Shown here one piece after another: positions 8,985-17,374 of a DNA stretch of 22,252 nt (position 1 is the stretch's first letter; each line of letters begins with the position of its first letter). The stretch lies in sequence record DRR723986_4815; one strand, 5' to 3'. A model generated the notes under the pieces. It saw nothing but the letters and a program-made list of their open reading frames with translations. It ran no database searches and was not told where the DNA came from. Both the position numbers and the translations under genes were made by a program.

Positions 8985-10061
8985 CTAGAGCTGCAGCAGC
9001 CCAGTTCCCCACGCCAACCCGGAGCCAAAACCGCAAAGGATTGCACGTTCGCCGGCGCTGAGTTTGCCCGCTTGCATGGCTTCGTCGAGTGCAAGCGGGA
9101 TACTTGCCGCGCTGGTATTGCCGTAACGATCGAGGTTGACAAAGACTCGGTCTCGGTCGATCGCGAAATCGGACACTGCGGAGTCGATGATGCGGATGTT
9201 TGCTTGGTGCAAGATCATCGCTTGCACATCTTCGATCGGTACACCAGAGTGTTCGAGGCAGTCACGTGTGCTGTCAGCGACAACGCGAACGGCCCACTTG
9301 AAAACACTTCGTCCCTCCATGCGAAGAAAGTGCTGGCCCTGAGCGAGCGCGTCGGCGGTCAGCGGCATGCGGCTTCCACCGCTTGGAATGCAAAGCATTT
9401 CTCCCCCGCAGCCTTCGGCACCGAGCGTGTAGCTCACTAGACCCTTCTTTGCGGGAGCATCAGAGTGTTCTTTTTGTTCGGGCTGTAAGAGAACCGCGCC
9501 TGCCCCGTCGCCGAAGAGCGGGTACGTTTTCACGTCGGCCGGATCAATGGTTCGGCTCATGACTTCCGCACCGATCACCAATGCGTTTTGAGCCGATCCG
9601 GTGGCGACGAATTGCCCCGCGGTCACCAGCGCGTACATGAATCCAGCGCACGCCGCATTGACATCCATAGCGGGTGCGATGCAGCCAAGCTCTTTTTGCA
9701 AGTGACACGCCGTGGAGGGGGATGCGTGGTCAGGTGTGATGGTGGCAACCACAATCAAGTCGACATCTGCGGCGGACACGCCAGCCCGCTCGAGGCACTG
9801 TTTGGCCGCATGCAGAGCCAGGTCGCTGGTGGCCTGATTCTCGGCAGCCTTGCGACGTTCAAGAATCCCGGTCCGTTGCACAATCCAGTCACTGTCGCAG
9901 CCCAAAGCGGCCAAGTCGTCGTTAGCGACAATATGTTCCGGCACATAGCTGCCGGTTGCTGCGATTTCGAACCCCATCAAGCGGTTCATACGGCTTCGGC
10001 AAGAGAGCTTTTCTGAGATCCCGAGACCCTGCGCGGGGGAAGTCGCCATGATTGCTGCCAT
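8985..10061 (-). CDS. fabH: 3-oxoacyl-ACP synthase III
   Basis: Cys-His-Asn triad motifs DVNAACAGF, ILHQANIRII and YGNTSAASIP, plus LFGDGAGA and GFGSGLAWG. Start uncertain (ATG 10061 or 10049; the track uses TTG 10064). Confidence 0.93.
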   Translation of the reverse strand: MAAIMATSPAQGLGISEKLSCRSRMNRLMGFEIAATGSYVPEHIVANDDLAALGCDSDWIVQRTGILERRKAAENQATSDLALHAAKQCLERAGVSAADVDLIVVATITPDHASPSTACHLQKELGCIAPAMDVNAACAGFMYALVTAGQFVATGSAQNALVIGAEVMSRTIDPADVKTYPLFGDGAGAVLLQPEQKEHSDAPAKKGLVSYTLGAEGCGGEMLCIPSGGSRMPLTADALAQGQHFLRMEGRSVFKWAVRVVADSTRDCLEHSGVPIEDVQAMILHQANIRIIDSAVSDFAIDRDRVFVNLDRYGNTSAASIPLALDEAMQAGKLSAGERAILCGFGSGLAWGTGLLQL

Positions 10062-10331
10062 CAAAATTCGACAAGGAGTCTGTCAAGGTTCGCTAGCCTT
10101 TTGCCAGGCAGCGAAGGCCCCGCATCTTATCACAGCGATCCCCGTTCCGTAAGCGAAACTGAGCCGAGGGTGGTCATCATGCTGGTCGATTGAGGTAAGA
10201 TCAGCGAATTGGCGGCTCGCCGAGGCCAGCGACAACGCGGTTGAGCGGCGACTGGCCATCGAAAGCACTCGGCGCGCGGCGTTTTTCAGCCCTTTTGCTT
10301 AGCCAAATGGCGTGAATCGCAGGAAAGTTAT

Positions 10332-10814
10332 ATGAGTTTTTGGCTCTCGCTCGGCTCACTCGACGACACTCAGCGGCTGGCTGAAGCGCTGGCAAAGGCC
10401 GTCGAAAGGTGTGGATTACCACTCAGTGTCGCGTTGAACGGCACGCTTGGAGCGGGGAAAACACAGTTGGTCCGGTCCTTCGCGCAAGCCTCGGGCGTAC
10501 CCGCAGAGCAGGTCACCAGTCCAACCTATGTGCTACACCAGCAATACGTTGGGCAGTACCGAATCCATCACTTTGATTTTTATCGCCTGGAGAACGAAGC
10601 CCAAGTTTGGGATCTAGGCTTTGATGAAATCGTCGAATCCGATTCTGTGATCGTGGTCGAATGGGCAAGCAAGTTTCCGCAGTGCCTGCCGCAGGGATTG
10701 CTAAAAGTGAACCTGTCCGTTGATGATTCCGCAGGTCGCGTTGCCGAGCTTGTCGCCCAGGGGGAGCTGGCCGCAGAAGTTCTCGCATCCGTGCAGCGTA
10801 ATCTGCCCGCCTAA
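10332..10814 (+). CDS. tsaE: tRNA t6A37 threonylcarbamoyltransferase complex ATPase
   Basis: LNGTLGAGKT P-loop, VTSPTY, HFDFYRL and VVEW motifs; 160 aa; AGGA RBS. Confidence 0.96.
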   Translation: MSFWLSLGSLDDTQRLAEALAKAVERCGLPLSVALNGTLGAGKTQLVRSFAQASGVPAEQVTSPTYVLHQQYVGQYRIHHFDFYRLENEAQVWDLGFDEIVESDSVIVVEWASKFPQCLPQGLLKVNLSVDDSAGRVAELVAQGELAAEVLASVQRNLPA

Positions 10815-11035
10815 CAGGCGAGCTATGGACAATTCTATCACTTGTGGCAATGCTTTTACGCTACATGAGCGTCCGCGTCCGACAGTACATTCCAGGCGCA
10901 TAGGCTGCTTGAGTGCCGCCCAGACGCAATTGCCCACACTCGCTGAAAACTCCATTCAGGGTGTCAGCGAACTTGAGGGCCGATGCGACGCCATCACTCA
11001 AAAACCCAAAATGCTCCTTCAGTGAGATCAATCCA

Positions 11036-12226
11036 ATGCTCGAATCGCTAGCTGCCGCACCACCAGATCCAATTCTTGGGCTGTCAGAGGCCTTTCGGGC
11101 CGATTCGCGACCTGAGAAAATCAATCTGACGATTGGTGTCTACATGGACGAGACTGGCAAAACGCCAATCCTCGACTGTGTGAAGGAAGCCGAGGCGCGA
11201 TTGCTAAGCAGTGAAACCACTAAGGGCTACTTGGGTATCACCGGCTTACCGGCCTTTGCGAAGAGCGTCGCCGATCTGGTCATTGGAGACCTGTATGACC
11301 ACAGTCGAGTGACTGTGTCGCAAACACCCGGGGGCACCGGAGGGTTGCGGGTGGCAGGTGACTTCCTGGCGAGTGTTTTGCCAGGAGCAAGGATCTGGCT
11401 GTCGACACCCACTTGGCCCAACCACCCCAGTATCTTTTCCCAAACTGGTTTGGAGGTGGTCAACTATCCGTATCTGTCAGACGATCGTCGCAGCTTGGAC
11501 TTCGCCGCGATGATGGAGCACTTGGAAGTCAACGCGCGGGCCGGCGATATCATTTGCTTGCACGCGTGCTGTCACAACCCAACCGGTGTAGATCCAACCG
11601 CGGCGCAGTGGGAGGATCTGGCGGAGCTCACTGCTCAGCGAGGCATGCTGCCACTGGTCGATTTTGCGTACCACGGTTTTGGTGAATCGCTTGACGAAGA
11701 TCGCAAAGGACTCGTTGCACTTGCGAAGCAGCACGATGAGCTACTGATTTGCAGCTCCTATTCAAAAAACTTCGGTCTCTACGGAGAACGTATCGGCGCA
11801 CTGACCACGGTCTCGAGTACTTCGGACTCAAGCAGCACGATCGCCAGCAGGGTCAAGCAGGTGATTCGATCCAACTACAGCAATCCGCCTCGCCATGGCG
11901 GATCGATCGTTGCAACAATTCTTGGCGACGCCGAACTGCGAACCCAGTGGGAAGGTGAACTGGGCGAGATGCGATCCCGTATCCACTCTATGCGTTCTGA
12001 TTTTGTTGCCGCGATGCAAGAAACCGGCTGCGAAACAGATTTCGGCTTCTTGCTGGACCAACGAGGGATGTTCTCTTTTAGCGGACTGACGCCGATGCAG
12101 GTTGATTGGCTGAAGGCGGAGAAGGGAATCTACATTGTGGGCAGCGGAAGAATTAACGTCGCCGGCATCACTCCCGAGAATTTGCCCCGATTGGCGGCCG
12201 CTATTGCTGAAGCGCTCAAGGCTTAA
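11036..12226 (+). CDS. aspC: Aspartate/aromatic amino acid aminotransferase (class I, AspC/TyrB)
   Basis: From ATG 11036 it is 396 aa: MLESLAAAPPDPILGL...KINLTIGVY, QTPGGTGGL, HACCHNPTGVD, DFAYHGF, PLP-lysine motif SYSKNFGLYGERIG, GRINVAG. AspC versus TyrB specificity cannot be resolved from the motifs. Confidence 0.9.
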   Translation: MLESLAAAPPDPILGLSEAFRADSRPEKINLTIGVYMDETGKTPILDCVKEAEARLLSSETTKGYLGITGLPAFAKSVADLVIGDLYDHSRVTVSQTPGGTGGLRVAGDFLASVLPGARIWLSTPTWPNHPSIFSQTGLEVVNYPYLSDDRRSLDFAAMMEHLEVNARAGDIICLHACCHNPTGVDPTAAQWEDLAELTAQRGMLPLVDFAYHGFGESLDEDRKGLVALAKQHDELLICSSYSKNFGLYGERIGALTTVSSTSDSSSTIASRVKQVIRSNYSNPPRHGGSIVATILGDAELRTQWEGELGEMRSRIHSMRSDFVAAMQETGCETDFGFLLDQRGMFSFSGLTPMQVDWLKAEKGIYIVGSGRINVAGITPENLPRLAAAIAEALKA

Positions 12227-12336
12227 CACCAGGGCTTAGAGCTCAAGAGCCAAGCAATCGGTTTGTGGTCCCGCAGCACGTGGATCGCAATTGCCAGTTC
12301 CTTTTCATTGCCAGACTAGTCTAACTCCGGAGCACT

Positions 12337-13305
12337 ATGGTGCATTATCTGATCACTGGTGGCTGCGGTTTTATCGGCTCTCATCTGGCGGAATTGCTGC
12401 TCGACGCTGGGCATAGCGTGACGCTGTTGGACGATTTGTCGACTGGTTCGGTCGACAATGTTCTTCACCTGGAAAGTAACAGCCGCCTGACTTTGCGGAT
12501 TGGCAGCGTTACCGATGAAGGTTTGGTGCAAGAAGTCGTTCGGGGCTGCGATGCGGTGTTCCACTTGGCATCTGCGGTCGGCGTGAAGCTGATTATGGAC
12601 CGTCCTGTGGAGACGATTGATACGATCGTTACTGGGACAAAAGTTGTCCTCGAGCAAGCCAATCGCTACCGAAAGCGAGTCTTGCTGACGTCCACCAGTG
12701 AGGTGTACGGAAAGAGCACAACGGTGCCCTTTGAAGAGGACGGAGATCGACTGGCCGGACCAACTACCAAGCATCGGTGGGCGTATGCGTGCGCCAAAGC
12801 CCTCGATGAATTTCTTGCGATGGCCTACTGGAAATCGAGCAAGTTGCCGGTCGTTGTTACGCGTCTGTTCAATACCGTCGGTCCACGACAAACCGGGCGT
12901 TACGGCATGGTGATTCCTAACTTTGTCGCCGCGGCACAGCGGGGTGAGGCCATTCGCGTGTTTGGAGATGGCAAACAATCGAGGTGTTTTTGCCACGTCA
13001 GCGATGTTGCCTCTGGTTTGGCCGACTTGATCGAATGCCCAGAAGCCTACGGTCAGGTCGTCAATCTCGGCTCAACCGAAGAGGTGAGTATTATCGAACT
13101 GGCGAAGAGAATTATTGCTTCGGTCGATAGCCAGTCTGAAGTAGAATTTGTTTCCTACGAGGAGGTGTTCGGGGCAGGATTTGAAGACATGCAGCGCCGC
13201 GTACCCTCGATTCACAAAGTGAACAAGCTAATCGGCTGGGAGCCGAAGAAATCGCTCGACAACATCGTCAGTGATGTCGCCAACGACCTGAAAGGCGCGT
13301 CGTAA
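12337..13305 (+). CDS. NAD-dependent sugar-nucleotide epimerase/dehydratase/decarboxylase (extended SDR)
   Basis: TGGCGFIGSH Rossmann motif, STSEVYGK, YxxxK (YACAK), RLFNTVGPRQ, GDGKQSRCF; GGAG RBS. Confidence 0.92.
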   Translation: MVHYLITGGCGFIGSHLAELLLDAGHSVTLLDDLSTGSVDNVLHLESNSRLTLRIGSVTDEGLVQEVVRGCDAVFHLASAVGVKLIMDRPVETIDTIVTGTKVVLEQANRYRKRVLLTSTSEVYGKSTTVPFEEDGDRLAGPTTKHRWAYACAKALDEFLAMAYWKSSKLPVVVTRLFNTVGPRQTGRYGMVIPNFVAAAQRGEAIRVFGDGKQSRCFCHVSDVASGLADLIECPEAYGQVVNLGSTEEVSIIELAKRIIASVDSQSEVEFVSYEEVFGAGFEDMQRRVPSIHKVNKLIGWEPKKSLDNIVSDVANDLKGAS

Positions 13306-13312
13306 CCGCACC

Positions 13313-14050
13313 ATGAACCACCAGCCCGAGGCTAACGACTCCGAACGAGTTCTCATACTGCTTTGCACCTACAACGAGGCGGGAAACCTGCCGCGAATGT
13401 TTGAGCTGCTTTCCCAGCACGTGCCCAACGCAGATATTCTCGTGGTCGACGATAGCTCTCCAGACGGTACTGCGAAGATCGTCGAGCAGCACGCCGCCAA
13501 TGATCCTCGATACAACCTGCTCCTTCGGCCCGGCAAAGAAGGGCTTGGGACGGCAACTCGCAGCGGCCTCCAGTGGGGCGTTGATCGAGAGTACGACCTG
13601 ATCGTAAACCTCGATGCTGATCTCAGCCACCAACCAGTCGTGATTCCCAGTTTTCTTGACGCCTGCCGCCAAGGTGCGGATGTTGCCGTTGGCTCGCGGT
13701 ACATCAAGGGCGGTGGACTGGAAGGGCTCTCGCCTCACCGGCGTCTGATTAGCCGCGTTCTCAACGGCTATGCAACCCGGCTTCTGCGATTGCCGATCAC
13801 TGATTGCAGCGGTTCGTTTCGCTGCTATCGATTGTCCGCGCTCAAGAGTATTGATCTAGGGGCACTGAAGTGCTCTGGATACGGCTTCTTGGAAGAGATC
13901 TTGGTCGCGCTCATGCGCAGCGGAGCAAAGTTCGCTGAGGTCCCGATCCGCTTCGATATGCGGTTCCATGGGAAGAGCAAGCTGTCGATGAAAGATGCAC
14001 TAGGTGCAATCAAGGTCATTCACCGGTTGGCGATAACCAAGTCTAATTGA
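13313..14050 (+). CDS. Polyprenol-phosphate glycosyltransferase, GT2 (Dpm1/Ppm1-like)
   Basis: TYNEAGNL, VVDDSSPDGT, GKEGLG, DADLSH (DxD), GSRY..GG, EVPIRF..R.HGKSKLS; starts 7 bp after the SDR stop. Confidence 0.92.
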   Translation: MNHQPEANDSERVLILLCTYNEAGNLPRMFELLSQHVPNADILVVDDSSPDGTAKIVEQHAANDPRYNLLLRPGKEGLGTATRSGLQWGVDREYDLIVNLDADLSHQPVVIPSFLDACRQGADVAVGSRYIKGGGLEGLSPHRRLISRVLNGYATRLLRLPITDCSGSFRCYRLSALKSIDLGALKCSGYGFLEEILVALMRSGAKFAEVPIRFDMRFHGKSKLSMKDALGAIKVIHRLAITKSN

Positions 14051-14099
14051 GCTCCGGTTTAGCAGAACCGAGGTAGCGGGTTGGCTGAATCGGCACTGC

Positions 14100-15233
14100 T
14101 TACTCGGGCAGTTCGACCAGAATCAAGACGGTCGAAATCTCTTGTGAGCCAGGAGCAGCCATCGTCGGAATCATCGGGGGCTCGCGTTGCTGCTTCGCAA
14201 CTAGCTTTTCCTGAGCCTGAAAGCGGGGGAGCTTTTCGACGATGCGACCATCTTCTGAGATCGCAAGCGGAGCTGCGAAGCTGTCCGATGCTGCAAAGCG
14301 TTTTCCGGTTGAACGAGCAACCTTCTCCATCAACCGCGTCTGAGGGTTGTCGACCGCAAAATTGTACTGGGCCTCGGGGAAGTTCTCGACGTCCGCGAAG
14401 ATTCGCTGGAAGGCAGTGTCGATTGCCATCGATGGAGCGCGAACAAAATACAAGCTGCTGCGGCTGGTTGGTGCGTCCGTTACGATGTACTCACTGTCCT
14501 GCAGTGCTTCTTCTACATCGCCACTGGCAACAATGGGTTGTTCGGCCTGAATGCCCGCATCGCCCAAAATCTGTTGAAGTACCCCAGACTCAAGTGCAGC
14601 GTCTGTGGGCTTAACGTGCAGAACCATGACCATCGAAATGGTCCATTGCAATTCACTGACGTAAGTCGTCTCTTTGGGTACCTCTGGCAATTCGGGTGCC
14701 TCTGGCAAGACGTCAATAACGGACGGATCAACCTCAGGCGTCCCATCTGACGAGTCTGCCAGCATCCCTTGGTCGATATCGCCAATAGGATCTGTACTTG
14801 AGGCGTCGGGGTCGACGACAGCAATGTCGCCGCCGCCAGTATCTTGTGTTTCAGGCAGTAAAAAGACGGCGATCGCCAAGCAAGCTGCCAGAGCAGCAAT
14901 GGCCGCGGCAACCTTTTTCCACGAGCCATTTGCCGCTTGAGAGCTAGAGTCGTCGATGATCACCGACGCTACTGGCTTATCAGATTCCGAGATCTCATCC
15001 AGCAATTGGAGCGTAAAGTCCGAGGAGAGAGCGGATCTTGAGGAAGTGACATCCTTCAGCTCGCCTAGCAATTCCTGGCCGTGCCGCAGCGCAGCAAGGT
15101 AATCTCTGGCTTCGCTACCGGCGGAATCCTGTTGGGAGAGCAGCGCTTCCACCGCGACGGACTCATGCTCATCGAGCATCCCATCGAGGTAGCCGCTAAG
15201 CAGCTCTTCAAGTTTTTCGCCATCGAGTGGCAT
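14100..15233 (-). CDS. Anti-sigma-factor-like single-pass membrane protein
   Basis: From ATG 15233 (GGGAG upstream) it is 377 aa. N-terminal EELLSGYLDGMLDEHESVAVEALL resembles the ASD/zf-HC2 first helices without HxxxCxxC; then TM WKKVAAAIAALAACLAIAVFLL, an acidic Pro-rich linker and a C-terminal extracytoplasmic domain. Confidence 0.7.
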   Translation of the reverse strand: MPLDGEKLEELLSGYLDGMLDEHESVAVEALLSQQDSAGSEARDYLAALRHGQELLGELKDVTSSRSALSSDFTLQLLDEISESDKPVASVIIDDSSSQAANGSWKKVAAAIAALAACLAIAVFLLPETQDTGGGDIAVVDPDASSTDPIGDIDQGMLADSSDGTPEVDPSVIDVLPEAPELPEVPKETTYVSELQWTISMVMVLHVKPTDAALESGVLQQILGDAGIQAEQPIVASGDVEEALQDSEYIVTDAPTSRSSLYFVRAPSMAIDTAFQRIFADVENFPEAQYNFAVDNPQTRLMEKVARSTGKRFAASDSFAAPLAISEDGRIVEKLPRFQAQEKLVAKQQREPPMIPTMAAPGSQEISTVLILVELPE

Positions 15234-15346
15234 TCCCAAACTCCCGTTCGCCGAAGTCACAATGCATATGAGGTTGCATTGTGAAGGTGCTGGCCATGCT
15301 TGCCGCCCGTGTGCAGCAATTAAATCATGGATTCGAAGCACGCTGT

Positions 15347-15375
15347 TCAGATGATACGCAACTTGGCGAAGTTCC
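15347..15375 (-). promoter_or_regulatory. Candidate ECF sigma factor promoter (GGAACTT-N17-TCTGA)
   Basis: The minus strand reads GGAACTT cgccaagttgcgtatca TCTGA, about 115 bp upstream of the anti-sigma-like ATG. It resembles the sigmaE-type GAACTT-N16-TCTGA pattern with a spacer one base longer. Confidence 0.45.
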
Positions 15376-15647
15376 CGAAACATCTACTTTAGCGGATTAT
15401 TTTGAGAACTTTGCACCAAAACGAGAGTACTTTGCGTGACAACGGCTCTCAAGCCGCCCCTGAAGACGATTCGTGACGTTCTGTCGCCATAAGATTTTGC
15501 GCAAGCCCGCACAAATGTGAGGTACTGATTGCCTCTGTGGAGGGGGCTCGATGGCTAAGAGAGCCACGGCTCGCCGGCAATCATTGGATTCGCTCGGTAC
15601 TGGCGAGTCCAACTTCGGCACAACTCTGCCAGTGAGCCAAGAGAGGG

Positions 15648-15763
15648 CTGGAACCCACGTTGGGTCCCAGGCATGGAGAGCTCCAGCCATGGAGAGCCAT
15701 GGAGTCTGCTGAACTCATCCAGAGTTCAGCCTAGAGATGGTCCGCAAAAAAGATGGTCCGCAA
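15648..15763. repeat. Cluster of hairpins and short direct repeats downstream of the FHA-EAL gene (possible terminator region)
   Basis: CTGGAACCCA-CGT-TGGGTCCCAG (15648-15670, 1 mismatch); CATGGAG three times (15672-15704); perfect GCTGAACTC-ATCCA-GAGTTCAGC (15708-15730); AGATGGTCCGCAA twice (15735-15747, 15751-15763). Confidence 0.7.
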
Positions 15764-15776
15764 GCTCGGAATGCAG

Positions 15777-16919
15777 CTATACGATTTTGTCGACGGGCTC
15801 GGGATGTCCAAACGCGTATCCCTGAGCGGTTAGGAAGCCTAGTTCTTTGCATACTTCAGCTTCCTCTGGTCGTTCGACTCCCTCGGCCAGAGCGTTGATG
15901 CCGAGGTCGAGGGCCATTTGCAGCAACGACTTAATCATCTTCTGGCGGCTCTCGGTCGCTTTATCGATGCCGCGAACCAACGAAATGTCGAACTTGAGGA
16001 AGTCCGGTGGAGCGGCGACGAGTTCGGAAAGTCGGGCTTGCCCTGCACCGAAATCGTCGTAGGCCAAGAGGATCTGCAGGTCCGTTAGGCTAGACTTCAA
16101 TCGCTGCATTTCACTGGGTTCAGTGATAGCAGCCTCGTGCACCTCGAGCACAATGGGACGCTCCGGAGCGAGGTCGCGCAGCGTTGTGAGAGATTCTATT
16201 AGACCTTCTTGCCGTACTTCCAACGGATGCGTGTTCACAAACATCAGATTGCTTGACGGGATCTGAGCAGCTTGACGGACGCCTTCCCAGCGTAGCATTC
16301 GGCTGAGCTGCACTTCCATATTTAGCCGTGAAGCGGCGCTGAACATCGCGCGAGGCGATTCTAAGCCAAAGAGGCGGCTACGGGCCAAAACCTCATAGCC
16401 CAGCAGCTCCGAATTCTGCAGGTCGACGACAGGTTGATAGTTTGGACAAACGAGGCGATCAACCATCAAGCGGTCAAATTGCATGAGAGCGTAGGCGGAA
16501 TCGCAAACGTCTTCCGCCATCGTCGCGCAAGTTTTTACCAACGGCTCGCAGTGCACCCGATAGACATCGTCGGCAAACTGAACGAGATCGGTCTCCTTGA
16601 GCTGGACCGGTTGGCTGATACGGACGCCGTTTACAAAGGTGCCGTTGGTGCTCTCTAAATCGCGGATCCAAAGAGCATCGCGATGGACACGGAGTTCGGC
16701 GTGGACACCTGAGATCGTCTTTCGGTTGATCTGCAGCGCGCAACCGGCTTTGCGTCCAACCGTAAACGGCATGGACGCCGCCAGTTCGACTTCGGATTGG
16801 TCGGCGCACGCGATCAGCAGCCAGTTTAGCGATTCTGCCTTAGCGGGCTGCTGTTCGTCTATCTCATTGGACAAAGGTGATTGCATTGGATATGGCGTTC
16901 CCCGCGTCGGCGGAGACAC
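15777..16919 (-). CDS. FHA domain + EAL domain c-di-GMP phosphodiesterase
   Basis: FHA: FTVGR...ISGVHAEL...IRDLESTNGTFVNG. EAL: YQPVV, YEVLAR, FVN, LEVHE, DDFGAG, LKFD, AEGVE, QGYAFGHP. Start is GTG 16919 (GAGGA upstream) or ATG 16886. Confidence 0.92.
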   Translation of the reverse strand: MSPPTRGTPYPMQSPLSNEIDEQQPAKAESLNWLLIACADQSEVELAASMPFTVGRKAGCALQINRKTISGVHAELRVHRDALWIRDLESTNGTFVNGVRISQPVQLKETDLVQFADDVYRVHCEPLVKTCATMAEDVCDSAYALMQFDRLMVDRLVCPNYQPVVDLQNSELLGYEVLARSRLFGLESPRAMFSAASRLNMEVQLSRMLRWEGVRQAAQIPSSNLMFVNTHPLEVRQEGLIESLTTLRDLAPERPIVLEVHEAAITEPSEMQRLKSSLTDLQILLAYDDFGAGQARLSELVAAPPDFLKFDISLVRGIDKATESRQKMIKSLLQMALDLGINALAEGVERPEEAEVCKELGFLTAQGYAFGHPEPVDKIV

Positions 16920-17119
16920 GCTTCCTCATCTGTTTCGAGTTCATGAGCTACTGCCCAGCTCGGGTGCACTTTGACGCATTCGAAGTCTCCGTCCACCTGC
17001 GCTGCCACGCAGGGTAAGACATCTTTGCGACTTATCAAACTCATTCAGATGCGTTGATTGGGAAGTTAATTTCCGGCACACAACGCATCGCAGGAAGTCT
17101 AGGTCACGTTTCAGGCTCC

Positions 17120-17143
17120 GGCGAACAATTGCGCAAGTTCGCC
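17120..17143. promoter_or_regulatory. Imperfect palindrome in the divergent promoter region
   Basis: GGCGAAC-AA-TTGCGCAA-GTTCGCC: 7-bp arms around a self-complementary TTGCGCAA, roughly midway between the divergent starts. Confidence 0.35.
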
Positions 17144-17374
17144 AAATTGGTTCCTTTGGTGGTCGGCTGAGGTCAAAGGGGTAGTCAGCAGATCGGATAA
17201 CCGGAACAGGCGGCGCAATCCTGGCAATCGCGACTGTCTTCACGGCTAGCCGTTGTCGCGGTGGTTTCGACGCAGCTCATTTTCCCCTGTAGCGTTTTCG
17301 AATCCTAAGTTTTGTTGCGAGTTTCTCTAATCTTAGAAGCACTTTTCCCGACGCCACGCGACCAAGAGCAGCCT

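Noticed and set aside
10913-11035. 41-aa N-terminal extension of the aminotransferase in the ORF track
   Set aside because: Family similarity starts at MLESLAAAPPDPI (ATG 11036), which gives the typical 396-aa length.
12316-12996. 226-aa minus-strand ORF
   Set aside because: Antisense shadow of the well-supported SDR gene.
15234-15383. 50-aa N-terminal extension of the anti-sigma-like ORF
   Set aside because: Looks non-coding and overlaps the promoter candidate; ATG 15233 has an RBS-like GGGAG and begins the ASD-like region.
15397-15690. 97-aa ORF upstream of the anti-sigma-like gene as a cognate ECF sigma or its pseudogene
   Set aside because: No sigma region 2 or region 4 motifs are visible, and it starts inside a repeat patch.
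16941-17243. 100-aa ORF in the divergent intergenic region as an extra component of the module
   Set aside because: Non-ATG start, Arg-rich atypical composition and no motif; cannot be supported without homology or Ribo-seq data.
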